Shown here piece after piece: positions 1-8,926 of a stretch of 64,000 bases of DNA; the first letter of the stretch is position 1, and each line of letters opens with the position of its first letter. The notes under the pieces were generated by a model. It had not been told where the DNA came from. It searched no databases and saw only the letters and a list, made by a program, of their open reading frames with translations. The stretch lies in assembly GCA_030529085.1 (NCBI GenBank), contig JAUMXM010000002.1, positions 13,164 through 77,163 on the forward strand, read 5' to 3'. A program made the position numbers and the translations under genes. This stretch comes from Rikenellaceae bacterium. GTDB taxonomy: Bacteria > Bacteroidota > Bacteroidia > Bacteroidales > Rikenellaceae.

Positions 1-1
1 A

Positions 2-1516
2 TTTGTGATGTTGTTTGGTCTGAAGTTCGCCCACAAGCAGAACTCGACCAACTCCTACTTCGCTGCAGGCGGCTCGATCCCCTCGTGGGCAATCGGTATG
101 TCGATCTTCGCAACGCTGATCAGCTCGGTAACCTTCTTAGCCTACCCCGGCTCGGCCTATGGCCCGCAGAACTGGATCCTCTTGGTGCAGGGTCTGATGG
201 TGCCCATCGTGCTGCTGGGTATGATTTGGTTTATCGTGCCCCTCTTCCGCCGCGCCATTAAGCTCTCGACCTACGAGTACTTCGAGCGCCGCTTCGGTTG
301 GGGTGCGCGCCTCTATGGTTCGCTCGCCTTCCTGCTGACCCACTTCTCGAAGCTCGGTACGGTCTTCTTCCTCGTATCGCTGGCTATCTCGCAGTTTATG
401 GGCTGGGATATCTATGTGGTGATCATCATCATCGGTATCGCCGTGACGGTCATCACGCTGCTGGGCGGTATGGAGGCCGTAATCTGGATGGATGTGATCC
501 AGGGCTTTATCCTCATCGTGGGCGGTATTATCTGCTGCTGCCTGCTGCTCTTCACCCCCGAGGGTGGTCCCGGAGCCGTTATGGAGGTGGCTCTGCGCGA
601 CAACAAGATCAACATCGGCCCCTTCGATTGGAGCTTCGTGGAGCTCACCTTCTGGGTGATGGTCATCAACGGTGTCTTCTACGCCATTCAGAAGTATGGT
701 ACCGACCAGACCATCGTGCAGCGCTACCTGGCTGCCAAGGATGACCGCGCCGCCAAGAAGGCCGCCTATATCGGTGTGCTGACCAGCGTACCCGTATGGA
801 CCCTCTTTATGTTCATCGGTACCTGCCTCTACGCCTACTATCAGCTCGAGCCCGATCCGCTGGTTGCCGGCCTGAAGTCGGATGAGGTCTTCCCCCACTT
901 CATCGCTACGCAGCTGCCCATCGGCGTGAAGGGTCTGATCATCTCGGCCCTGCTGGCAGGTGCCATCTCGTCGCTCGACTCGGACTTGAACTGCTTTGCA
1001 GCCATCGGCGTGCAGGACTACTACGTACGCTTCCGTCCCGAGAGCACTGACCGTCAGCGTCTGGTGCTGGGTCGTTGGATTGTAGCCATCGCAGGTGTTG
1101 CCTCGATCGGTATCGCCTCGATCTACGCCTTCTGGGGCGGTGAGGGTATCCTCGGCGTGCTCTTCGGCCTCTACGCCATCTTCTCGTCGGGTATCGTGGG
1201 CCTCTTCCTGCTCGGTCTTTTGGTGCCGCGCGCCAACAAGCAGGGCCTCTGGGTCGGCCTTATCGCCTGCATCCTCTTCACGGCCTACGCGGTGCTCACC
1301 TCGTCGAAATTCACGATCGACGGCGAGAAGCAGATCCTGCTCGACCTGGGTGCCTGGAACTTCACCCACCACAAGTATATGCTGGGTGTCTACAGCCACC
1401 TGATCGTATTCGCAGTGGGCTGGGCAGCCTCCTACCTCTTCCCGAAGCAGGAGGTGGATGAAAACCTGACGATTTACGGCTTCTTGAAGGCTCGCAAGGC
1501 CGACAAGGAGGCTTAA
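2..1516 (+). CDS. Sodium:solute symporter (SSS family), 5'-truncated by the window edge
   Basis: Frame is open from base 2. SSS motifs YFAAGGSIPSWAIGMSIFATLISSVTF, LGGMEAVIWMDVIQ, GTDQTIVQRYLAAK and AGAISSLDSDLN; many TM helices. Confidence 0.92.
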   Translation, partial: FVMLFGLKFAHKQNSTNSYFAAGGSIPSWAIGMSIFATLISSVTFLAYPGSAYGPQNWILLVQGLMVPIVLLGMIWFIVPLFRRAIKLSTYEYFERRFGWGARLYGSLAFLLTHFSKLGTVFFLVSLAISQFMGWDIYVVIIIIGIAVTVITLLGGMEAVIWMDVIQGFILIVGGIICCCLLLFTPEGGPGAVMEVALRDNKINIGPFDWSFVELTFWVMVINGVFYAIQKYGTDQTIVQRYLAAKDDRAAKKAAYIGVLTSVPVWTLFMFIGTCLYAYYQLEPDPLVAGLKSDEVFPHFIATQLPIGVKGLIISALLAGAISSLDSDLNCFAAIGVQDYYVRFRPESTDRQRLVLGRWIVAIAGVASIGIASIYAFWGGEGILGVLFGLYAIFSSGIVGLFLLGLLVPRANKQGLWVGLIACILFTAYAVLTSSKFTIDGEKQILLDLGAWNFTHHKYMLGVYSHLIVFAVGWAASYLFPKQEVDENLTIYGFLKARKADKEA

Positions 1517-1531
1517 AATGACCAAAAAAAG

Positions 1532-2680
1532 ATGAAATTGGTAACCTTACAACAACCCTCGCGCATTGTTTTGGGCGAGGGTGCTGCCGACCGCTTCGCC
1601 GAGGAGACGATTGCGCACGGCTTCAAGAAGCTCTTCCTGCTGACCGCACCGCCGATTCTGCCCCTCATCGAGGGCATTCGCGCCAAGATCGAGGCCGCAG
1701 GTACGGAGATTAAGATCTACGATAGAATCACCGCCGAGCCCGCCCTCGACGAGGTGGTAGCCATCATCGAGGAGGCGCGCGCCTTTGGCACCGACAGCGT
1801 TGCCGGCATCGGCGGTGGCTCGGTGCTCGACACGGCCAAAATCGTGGCCGCCTTTGTCAATAGCGAGCAGCAGGTATCCGACTGCTTCGGCACGGGGCTG
1901 ATCAAAAAGCGCGGCTTGTGGTGCGCCTGCCTCCCGACCACCTCGGGTACGGGTAGCGAGGTATCGCCCAACGCCATCCTGCTGGATCGCGCCGAGAAGC
2001 TCAAGAAGGGTATCGTCAGCCCCTATCTGCTAGCAGATGCCGCCTACATCGATCCGCTGCTGACGCTCACCGTGCCGGCCAAGATCACGGCCGAGACGGG
2101 TATGGATGCCCTCTCGCACTGCATCGAAAGCTACACGAACCGCCACGCACATCCCGTAGTGGATGCCTTCGCCCTGCAGGGTATCGAGCTGATTGCCAAG
2201 AACCTGGAGCGCGCCGTGAAGGATGGCAAGGATCGTGAGGCGCGTGCAGCCCTCTCGCTCGGCAGCTACTACGGCGGCTTGTGTCTGGCTCCCGTCAATA
2301 CGGCAGCCGTACACGCCCTATCGTATCCGCTCGGTGGCGAGTACCACATCTCGCACGGTCTGGCCAACGCCATTCTGCTGCCCCCCGTGATGCGCTTCAA
2401 CCTCCACGCAAACCTCGAGAAGCACGCCAACATCGCCCGCGCGATGGGTGTCGATTGCGAGGGTCTTTCGACCGAGGAGGCGGCACAGAAGGGTGTCGAG
2501 TTTGTGGCCGAGCTGGCAACCCGCTGCGGCATCCCCTCGACGCTCACGGCGCTGGGTATTCCGCAGGATAAGGTCGAGGAGCTGGCCGACGCCGCCATGA
2601 AGGTGACGCGCCTTCTGGTCAACAATCCGCGCGAGGTGACCCGCGAGGATGCAGTAGCAATCTATAACGAACTCTATTAA
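1532..2680 (+). CDS. Iron-containing (family III) alcohol dehydrogenase
   Basis: GIGGGSVLDTAK, PTTSGTGSE, DALSHCIES, AAVHALSY and HGLANAILLP metal/NAD motifs. Confidence 0.92.
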   Translation: MKLVTLQQPSRIVLGEGAADRFAEETIAHGFKKLFLLTAPPILPLIEGIRAKIEAAGTEIKIYDRITAEPALDEVVAIIEEARAFGTDSVAGIGGGSVLDTAKIVAAFVNSEQQVSDCFGTGLIKKRGLWCACLPTTSGTGSEVSPNAILLDRAEKLKKGIVSPYLLADAAYIDPLLTLTVPAKITAETGMDALSHCIESYTNRHAHPVVDAFALQGIELIAKNLERAVKDGKDREARAALSLGSYYGGLCLAPVNTAAVHALSYPLGGEYHISHGLANAILLPPVMRFNLHANLEKHANIARAMGVDCEGLSTEEAAQKGVEFVAELATRCGIPSTLTALGIPQDKVEELADAAMKVTRLLVNNPREVTREDAVAIYNELY

Positions 2681-2681
2681 G

Positions 2682-3716
2682 ATGAACAACTTACCGATAT
2701 TAGCCATTACGATGGGCGACCCCGCAGGTGTCGGCCCCGAGATTATTGCCATGTCACTCGCCCAGGAGTACCCCTACACCATCTGCCGCCCCGTTGTTGT
2801 GGGTGATGCCGCGATGATGGAGTTGGGTATCAAGTCGGCGAAGGTCGATTTGAAGGTCAACGCCATCGAGCAGGTGGCCGAGGCGAAGTACGAGCGCGGT
2901 GTGATCGATGTGATCGACCTGAAGCTGATCGACCCCGCACAGTTTGCCTACGGTGTGGTTTCGGCCCAGTGCGGTAATGCCGCTTTCGAGGCGGTGCGCA
3001 CGGCGATCGAGCTGGCGATGAAGGGCGAGGTGGATGGCACCGTGACGGCACCCCTCAACAAGGAGGCGCTGCACGTTGCAGGCCACAACTTTGCCGGCCA
3101 CACGGAGATCTACGCCCACTTCACCGACACGAAGAAGTATGCGATGCTGCTGGCTGACGACAAGATGCGTGTGATTCACGTCTCGACCCACGTTTCGCTG
3201 CGCGAGGCGTGTGACCGTGCCAAGAAGGAGCGTGTGATTGCCGTAACGGAGCTGATTCGTGAGGCCTGCTTGAGCTTCGGCATCGAGAATCCGAAGATCG
3301 GTATCGCCGGTCTGAATCCCCACTCGGGCGAGGGTGGTCTGTTTGGTGACGAGGAGATCCGCGAGATCATCCCCGCCATCGAGGAGATGAAGGCCAAGGG
3401 TTGGAACGTGGATGGCCCCGTGCCGCCCGATTCGCTCTTCTCGCGCGCACGCTCGGGACAGTTCGACGGCTGCGTGGCGATGTACCACGACCAGGGCCAC
3501 ATCGCCTTCAAGGTGGGTGGCTTCGAGTGGGATCGCGAGACGAACCGCATGGTGGCCGTCAAGGGTGTGAACATCACGCTCGGTCTGCCGATCATCCGCG
3601 TTTCGGTCGACCACGGTACCGCCTTCGATGTTGCCGGCAAGGGCATTGCCAACCCCGATGCGATGATCATGTCGATCGAGTACGCCGCCCTGATGGCCAA
3701 GAACAGCAAAAAGTAA
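2682..3716 (+). CDS. pdxA: PdxA-family dehydrogenase (PdxA2-type, 4-phospho-tetronate dehydrogenase by context)
   Basis: TMGDPAGVGPE, GHTE, GLNPHSGE, AMYHDQG and RVSVDHGTAFD motifs; adjacent to a DUF1537 kinase. Confidence 0.92.
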   Translation: MNNLPILAITMGDPAGVGPEIIAMSLAQEYPYTICRPVVVGDAAMMELGIKSAKVDLKVNAIEQVAEAKYERGVIDVIDLKLIDPAQFAYGVVSAQCGNAAFEAVRTAIELAMKGEVDGTVTAPLNKEALHVAGHNFAGHTEIYAHFTDTKKYAMLLADDKMRVIHVSTHVSLREACDRAKKERVIAVTELIREACLSFGIENPKIGIAGLNPHSGEGGLFGDEEIREIIPAIEEMKAKGWNVDGPVPPDSLFSRARSGQFDGCVAMYHDQGHIAFKVGGFEWDRETNRMVAVKGVNITLGLPIIRVSVDHGTAFDVAGKGIANPDAMIMSIEYAALMAKNSKK

Positions 3717-3729
3717 CAACAAAAAAAAG

Positions 3730-4869
3730 ATGGTGACACTCGTCATTGCCGACGACCTGACGGGGGCGGCCGAAATTGCCGGTACCGCCCACCGTCTGGG
3801 GGCAAAAGTAAGGCTTACAACCTCGCCCGAGCGACTCACGGCGGAGGATGAGGTGGTCGTGGTGGCCACCGACACCCGCTCGATGAATCGCAGCGAGGCA
3901 CTCGACTACACCCGTAACCTGGTGGCACAAATCGCCTCGCTCGAGGGGCGCGAATGGGTGGGGAGGCTCTTCAAGAAGACCGACTCGGTGCTGCGCGGCC
4001 ATGTGGTCGAGGAGTTGGAGGCGCTCTTTGCGCTCGGCTATGAGCGGGCACTGCTTCTACCGGCCAACCCCTCGAAGGGGCGCGTGATTCGTCGCCGCAT
4101 CTACTCGATCGACGGGAGGCCGCTGCGCCGCACCAACTTCCGAAACGACCCCGAATTTCCGGCATGGAGTTCGGATGTGGTGAAGCTCCTGGGTGAGCGC
4201 GTGCGCTACGTGACGCCCCGCACACGCGGCGGATTAAAGGCGGGCATCTCGATTGGCGAGGTCACCTCGTTGGAGGATATGGCGTGCCACGTGGCGCGTC
4301 ACGACGCGGAGCAGACGATCCTGGCCGGTGGTGCCGATGCCTTCCGTGCCCTCATGGAAAAACAGGGCTTTGGCGAGGTTCCGACGGCGGAGTTTGGCGG
4401 TCTGGGCAAGCGCAAGACGTTGCTGATTCTGGGCAGTACGATGCGTCACAACCTCGACGAGGAGCCCCTCTTCCGGCGTTGTCGCGTAGCCCGCTCGCCG
4501 ATGCCCGACAGCGTCTTCGCGGGAGAGCGTTGCGAAGGTTGGATCGAGGAGGCGTGCCAAAAGTTTGAGGAGGCGGAGGTGCTGGTGCTCAACATTGCGC
4601 AACCGATCACGCGCGAGGGGAACAAGGCCCTCCTGCTGCGCCACCAGATGGCGACGGCTGCCGAGCAGATCATCCACCGCGCAAAACCGCAGGAGGTTGT
4701 CATCGAGGGGGGAGCAACGGCCTATACGCTGCTCGATCGCCTGGCGTGGCATTCGCTTGCGATTGCCGACGAGATAGCCCCCGGTGTGGTGCGCCTGCAA
4801 CACGCCGAGTCGGGTACGCACCTGACCTTTAAGCCGGGCAGCTACCCCTGGGGTGCCTGCTTCAAGTAG
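3730..4869 (+). CDS. Four-carbon acid sugar kinase (DUF1537 / DtnK-DenK family)
   Basis: IADDLTGAAE, ATDTRS, FKKTDSVLRG and C-terminal EGGATA...FKPGS; follows pdxA. Confidence 0.88.
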   Translation: MVTLVIADDLTGAAEIAGTAHRLGAKVRLTTSPERLTAEDEVVVVATDTRSMNRSEALDYTRNLVAQIASLEGREWVGRLFKKTDSVLRGHVVEELEALFALGYERALLLPANPSKGRVIRRRIYSIDGRPLRRTNFRNDPEFPAWSSDVVKLLGERVRYVTPRTRGGLKAGISIGEVTSLEDMACHVARHDAEQTILAGGADAFRALMEKQGFGEVPTAEFGGLGKRKTLLILGSTMRHNLDEEPLFRRCRVARSPMPDSVFAGERCEGWIEEACQKFEEAEVLVLNIAQPITREGNKALLLRHQMATAAEQIIHRAKPQEVVIEGGATAYTLLDRLAWHSLAIADEIAPGVVRLQHAESGTHLTFKPGSYPWGACFK

Positions 4870-4885
4870 TGCAGACGGCAAAAGT

Positions 4886-4916
4886 AAAGAGAGTGCCGAA
4901 GCACTCTCTTTTTTTT
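4886..4916. terminator. Intrinsic terminator between convergent kinase and SLOG genes
   Basis: Stem aaagagagtgc/gcactctcttt, loop cgaa, followed by a T-run. Confidence 0.85.
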
Positions 4917-4917
4917 G

Positions 4918-5409
4918 TTAGAAGAGTTTGGGATCGGGTTGGATTGTGGAGAGGTTTTCGACCTCTAAGCCGCGATGCAGCGCCCCGAGAAAGGTCTGCT
5001 GCGTGCCACCACGTGAGCCATCGTACCAGGCCAACAGGTAGGCGGCATGGTCGACCAGATAGTCGTTGCGCACCTGGTAGCAGCCGCGAAAGAAGCGCTC
5101 GGAGAGGGTGATCACCTCGTCGGCCTCGGCCAGGACGGCGCGATAACGGGCGCGATTCTCCATCGTAAAGCCCCGACTCTGCCCCCGAAAGGGGACAACG
5201 GCTACCAGCCGCACGGCAATCCCCTCACGGCGGAGCTTGAGCACCGCCTCGGCAGCCGCCAAATCGAACCCCTCGGCCATTCCGCTCAAGAAGGTCGTAT
5301 AGCCCCACTCCGCCAGGCGGCGCAGCGAGGCGATGAGCCTCTCCTCGGCCTCACCCCGATAGGAGCGGTGCCCCGTGAAGGCAACGGTATGGAGTCGATC
5401 AAGCAGCAT
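4918..5409 (-). CDS. SLOG-superfamily protein (DUF1273/YspA-like)
   Basis: VAFTGHR, FLSGMAEGFD, VVPFRGQ, RNDYLVD and SRGGT motifs. ATG at 5409 chosen because the longer ORF overlaps the divergent ytxH-like gene and a promoter motif lies just upstream. Confidence 0.85.
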   Translation of the reverse strand: MLLDRLHTVAFTGHRSYRGEAEERLIASLRRLAEWGYTTFLSGMAEGFDLAAAEAVLKLRREGIAVRLVAVVPFRGQSRGFTMENRARYRAVLAEADEVITLSERFFRGCYQVRNDYLVDHAAYLLAWYDGSRGGTQQTFLGALHRGLEVENLSTIQPDPKLF

Positions 5410-5419
5410 AATTCTTGGG

Positions 5420-5427
5420 CAAAAATA
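5420..5427 (-). promoter_or_regulatory. Bacteroidota sigma-A -7 element (TATTTTTG) for the SLOG gene
   Basis: Matches TAnnTTTG on the - strand, 10 nt upstream of the ATG. Confidence 0.55.
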
Positions 5428-5482
5428 GTGATTTTGGCGCGTTGTTTGCTCCTTTTCGGGTGAACACTTAAAAAAAATTGCT

Positions 5483-5710
5483 ATGAAACATTCAGGAATC
5501 TGCATCACCTCGCTCGTAGGTGGTATGGTAGTAGGTGCGGTGGTGGCGATGCTGCTCACCCCGCAATCGGGTCCCGACCTGCGTCACAAAATCAAGGATT
5601 GGGCCGACGACGAGATCAACACCATCAAACAACAAGCTAAGAAGGTGCAGCAGCGACTCGAAGAGCAGATCGACGCGGCACGCTGCAAGTGCAACACGGC
5701 CGAGGAGTAA
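5483..5710 (+). CDS. YtxH-domain small membrane protein
   Basis: GGMVVGAVVAMLLTPQSGPDLRHKIK signature followed by a coiled coil. Confidence 0.85.
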   Translation: MKHSGICITSLVGGMVVGAVVAMLLTPQSGPDLRHKIKDWADDEINTIKQQAKKVQQRLEEQIDAARCKCNTAEE

Positions 5711-5718
5711 CGCAAGCG

Positions 5719-6042
5719 ATGGCAAGCACTGAAAATCGGAGCGGAAGGCTCGTCACGGCCCTCTTTATCTTCGCCGTGAGCCTCTTTTGCACGCTGCTAT
5801 GCGGCGTCGGGGCCCTCGTCGTGTGGCTCGCCGAACGCCTCGGGTCGCTCGTCGTGGCGGCGGTGGTGGTGGCCCTCTTCTTCGCGGTGCTGGCCACCGT
5901 AAGCTACCTGCTCTCGGTGCGGGAGCTGATCACCCGCCTGCGCGAGGAGCTGGCCACGATCTACGAGATGGCCCTCGACTTCCGCAAGGGGTATCGTTGG
6001 GTCGTCAGGCAGGTGGGAAGGCTGCTCGGCCTCAACGAGTAA
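5719..6042 (+). CDS. Two-TM small membrane protein (phage-holin-like/YqjE-type), likely co-transcribed with the ytxH-like gene
   Basis: Two hydrophobic helices; ATG 8 nt after the ytxH-like stop; ends just before a terminator. Confidence 0.65.
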   Translation: MASTENRSGRLVTALFIFAVSLFCTLLCGVGALVVWLAERLGSLVVAAVVVALFFAVLATVSYLLSVRELITRLREELATIYEMALDFRKGYRWVVRQVGRLLGLNE

Positions 6043-6045
6043 AAA

Positions 6046-6087
6046 CGAAAAGGGGGCTGACCATTCGACGGTCAGCCCCCTTTTTCG
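6046..6087. terminator. Bidirectional intrinsic terminator
   Basis: aaaagggggctgacc/ggtcagcccccttttt hairpin between convergent genes. Confidence 0.88.
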
Positions 6088-6103
6088 ATTTTGGATTTTA
6101 ACC

Positions 6104-6655
6104 TTACTCCTTGAAATAACGGTTATAAAGACCCTCAAAGCCCTTACCGTGGCGAGCCTCATCCTTAGCCATCTCGTGTACCGTATCGTGTACGGCGTCG
6201 AGGTTCTGCTGCTTGGCGATAGCGGCCAGGTGCATCTTACCCTCGCAAGCACCGCACTCGGCGTTCATACGCTTGTAGAGGTTGGTCTTCGTATCCCAAA
6301 CCACCTCACCGATCAGCTCGGCGAACTTGGCAGCGTGCTCGGCCTCCTCCCAAGCGTAGCGCTTGAAAGCCTCGGCGATCTCGGGGTAGCCCTCGCGGTC
6401 GGCCTGACGGCTCATGGCCAGGTACATACCAACCTCGGTGCACTCACCCATGAAGTGGTCCTGAAGGCCCTGCCACAGCTCGGCATCCGAACCCTTGCCA
6501 TCACCCAACTTATGCTCGGTAACGAAGTCGAGCGCACCCTCCTCCTTTACCTCAACGAACTTATCTGCACCAACTTTGCACAACGGGCACTGCTCGGGTG
6601 CCTCATTACCTTCGTGAATGTAACCACATACGGTGCAACGGAACTTCTTTGCCAT
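6104..6655 (-). CDS. rbr: Reverse rubrerythrin (NADH peroxidase)
   Basis: N-terminal rubredoxin domain CTVC...CPLC, then a ferritin-like domain with EAEH and DEARH di-iron motifs. Confidence 0.93.
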   Translation of the reverse strand: MAKKFRCTVCGYIHEGNEAPEQCPLCKVGADKFVEVKEEGALDFVTEHKLGDGKGSDAELWQGLQDHFMGECTEVGMYLAMSRQADREGYPEIAEAFKRYAWEEAEHAAKFAELIGEVVWDTKTNLYKRMNAECGACEGKMHLAAIAKQQNLDAVHDTVHEMAKDEARHGKGFEGLYNRYFKE

Positions 6656-6711
6656 AATCTTTTTTCAGTTTTAATTGTTAGTATTAATTGTGTGTCTGTT
6701 TGTTTCTGATG

Positions 6712-6719
6712 CAAAGATA
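6712..6719 (-). promoter_or_regulatory. -7 element (TATCTTTG) for rbr
   Basis: caaagata on the + strand is TAnnTTTG on the - strand, 56 nt upstream of the start. Confidence 0.6.
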
Positions 6720-6784
6720 CGATTTTCCGTCACAAATGCAACTATAAAGGCGATTCTCTTTTCTGATAGCGCCATAAGCCAAAC

Positions 6785-7723
6785 TTATAGCAGGGCCGGA
6801 ACAACTTCAGAAGCCGTTATAGCATCCTTGACCACGACACGCTTCTTTTCGTCGAGCAGGTAGAGCGAGGGGATGGCCCGCAGATCGTAGAGCCCCTCGC
6901 CGCGGATTCGGCCCTCGCTGTCGGCCACATCGAGCCAGCCCTGCGGCATCGGCTCACGCTTCGCGCGCCACACATCGAGCTCCTCATCCACATAGCAGAC
7001 CACCACGCGCAGGCGCCCCTCGGCAACGGCGCGGGTAATCGGCTCGGCAGCCTCCAACTCTGCTTTGAGCGAAGCGCACATCGCACAGTCGGGATTCGAG
7101 AAGAAGAGAAGCGTCTGCGGAGCCTCCACCCCGTAGAGCGACCCTTTGTGACCTGCGCGCGAAATGAAGGCGAAGTCGTTAGCAGCCGTTCCGAGGCGAT
7201 TTAAGCGCGCGCGCTCCAAATCGAAGGCGGGAACCAGGCGCTCGTATTCATTATAATAAGGAGCGGCCAAGAGCGCCTCCAAGATGGGGATGTAGTGTTC
7301 GTCGGAGCGCAACGGCGACTCCGGATCGTGCAGGATCTGTGCCCCCATCCAGGCAAAATAGTCGAGCATCGGACGCGATGAGGCGGCACGGCGCATCAGC
7401 GAATCAATCGGCCCTCGGTCGCGAGGAGCGGTTGCACAAATGGCTGCAAAATGGGCAAAGTGGCGCAACATCAAGGTCGAATCGGCCAGGCGCAGGGCCA
7501 CCGTATCGGCAAAATCGAAGTGATCCCAATAGTGAAAACGGAGGTACTCGAGTTGCTTTTCAGGCTCGAGATAGGGGCTCACAGGGGGCGTAAAACGGTG
7601 GGCGGGGCGCACCTCGGAACGGTTCGACGCCGGGGATATGCACGCAACAAGAAACCACAGCGAAAAGAGTATGGAGAAGAGGCGTATCACCGTAAAAAAG
7701 GGATAAAAAGGGGGTAAAAGCAA
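6785..7723 (-). CDS. DUF5106-like lipoprotein with C-terminal thioredoxin-like fold (alternative start GTG 7690)
   Basis: Lipobox FLVAC, HYWDHFDF motif, PDCAMC CxxC and YDLRAIPSLYLLD. Confidence 0.8.
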   Translation of the reverse strand: MLLPPFYPFFTVIRLFSILFSLWFLVACISPASNRSEVRPAHRFTPPVSPYLEPEKQLEYLRFHYWDHFDFADTVALRLADSTLMLRHFAHFAAICATAPRDRGPIDSLMRRAASSRPMLDYFAWMGAQILHDPESPLRSDEHYIPILEALLAAPYYNEYERLVPAFDLERARLNRLGTAANDFAFISRAGHKGSLYGVEAPQTLLFFSNPDCAMCASLKAELEAAEPITRAVAEGRLRVVVCYVDEELDVWRAKREPMPQGWLDVADSEGRIRGEGLYDLRAIPSLYLLDEKKRVVVKDAITASEVVPALL

Positions 7724-8746
7724 CTATTGCGCCTCGGTCGAAAGGAGTCCGCAGGCGGCTTGAATATCTTCGCCGCGCGAGGCGCGGATCGTAGTCTGGA
7801 TACCCTTGGCTGTCAGCGTGTCACGGAAGCGACGCATCGCCTCGTCGTCGGGCGAAAAGTAGGGCGAGCCGGGAATCTTGTGGAAACGAATCAGGTTGAT
7901 GCGACACTTGATACCATCCAAGAGGCGGCAGAGCTCGCGAATATGGCGCGAAGAGTCGTTCAATCCGCTCATCACGATATACTCGAACGACACACGACGC
8001 TGGTGGGTGAAGTCGTACTCGCGCAGGATGGAGGCCACCTCCGCGATCGGGAAGGCCCCCTCGATGGGCATAATCTCCTTGCGCTCCTCGCGGAAGGGGT
8101 TGTGGAGGCTGACGGCCAGGTGCACCTGCGACTCATCGAGAAAACGGCGCAGGTTGCTCACGACGCCTGCCGTCGAGAGGGTCACACGCGTGGGCGACCA
8201 ACCGAAACCCCAAGGGGCAGTGATGATCTCCAGCGCGCGCAGCACGTTGTCGATATTGTCGAGCGGCTCGCCCATCCCCATGAAAACGAGGTTTGTGAGC
8301 TTGTCGCGCTCGGGCAGCGAGACAATCTGATTCAAGATCTCGGCGGCCGAAAGATTGTGTTGCAGTCCCTGACGACCCGTGGCGCAAAATTTGCACCCCA
8401 TGCGGCATCCGGCTTGCGACGAGACGCACAGCGTAGCACGCTCACCATCAGGAATATAGGCAGACTCGATATAATGCCCCTGCAGGGTCTTGAAGAGGTA
8501 TTTTTTTGTCCCGTCCTGCGACTCGCTCACGCGCACCGGAGCCGACAAAACATGACCACAACGCGCAGCTAACAATTCGCGGTTTTTGAGCGAGAGATCG
8601 CTCATCGCATAGGGATCCTCCGTGTGGCGCACATAGAGCCAGCGCGCAAGCTGCTTGGCGGCAAAGCGCGGCATTCCAAGCTCGGCACACAACGCGGCCA
8701 ATTCCTCGGGACTTTTTCCGTATAGCGGCTCTTGTGGGGTCATCAC
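7724..8746 (-). CDS. rlmN: 23S rRNA (adenine(2503)-C2)-methyltransferase RlmN
   Basis: CVSSQAGCRMGCKFC radical-SAM motif, FMGMGEP and DIQAACG. Confidence 0.96.
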   Translation of the reverse strand: MMTPQEPLYGKSPEELAALCAELGMPRFAAKQLARWLYVRHTEDPYAMSDLSLKNRELLAARCGHVLSAPVRVSESQDGTKKYLFKTLQGHYIESAYIPDGERATLCVSSQAGCRMGCKFCATGRQGLQHNLSAAEILNQIVSLPERDKLTNLVFMGMGEPLDNIDNVLRALEIITAPWGFGWSPTRVTLSTAGVVSNLRRFLDESQVHLAVSLHNPFREERKEIMPIEGAFPIAEVASILREYDFTHQRRVSFEYIVMSGLNDSSRHIRELCRLLDGIKCRINLIRFHKIPGSPYFSPDDEAMRRFRDTLTAKGIQTTIRASRGEDIQAACGLLSTEAQ

Positions 8747-8771
8747 ACTTCTTTTTTGGACTTTCGTGGGA

Positions 8772-8779
8772 CAAAAATA
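8772..8779 (-). promoter_or_regulatory. -7 element (TATTTTTG) for rlmN
   Basis: TAnnTTTG on the - strand in the divergent rlmN/tonB gap. Confidence 0.55.
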
Positions 8780-8833
8780 GCCATTTTTTGAAGATTTTTT
8801 AGCGGATGTGATACATTTTTGAATTTTTCTCTT

Positions 8834-8841
8834 TATATTTG
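8834..8841 (+). promoter_or_regulatory. -7 element (TATATTTG) for tonB
   Basis: TAnnTTTG in an AT-rich divergent intergenic region. Confidence 0.6.
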
Positions 8842-8926
8842 TGGTGCATTGGGTACTTGTGTCTACACATGTACCGCACTTTGCGTGAGTAGAGTAGGAA
8901 TTAACAATTAAAAACTACAATAGAAA

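Noticed and set aside
5410-5559. Longer ORF-track starts for the SLOG gene (likewise for the luxR-type, URO-D-like, Lrp/AsnC, kbl and galE genes)
   Set aside because: The extensions run through promoters or neighbouring genes. Internal ATGs fit the family N-termini.
5719-6042. Holin-like gene as a sign of a prophage
   Set aside because: There is no endolysin, integrase or structural gene nearby, and the pairing with a ytxH-like gene is a chromosomal arrangement.
6740-6785. Possible OxyR box (CTAT/ATAG tetramers) upstream of rbr
   Set aside because: The spacing does not fit ATAG-N7-CTAT-N7-ATAG-N7-CTAT, so it is not supportable by eye.
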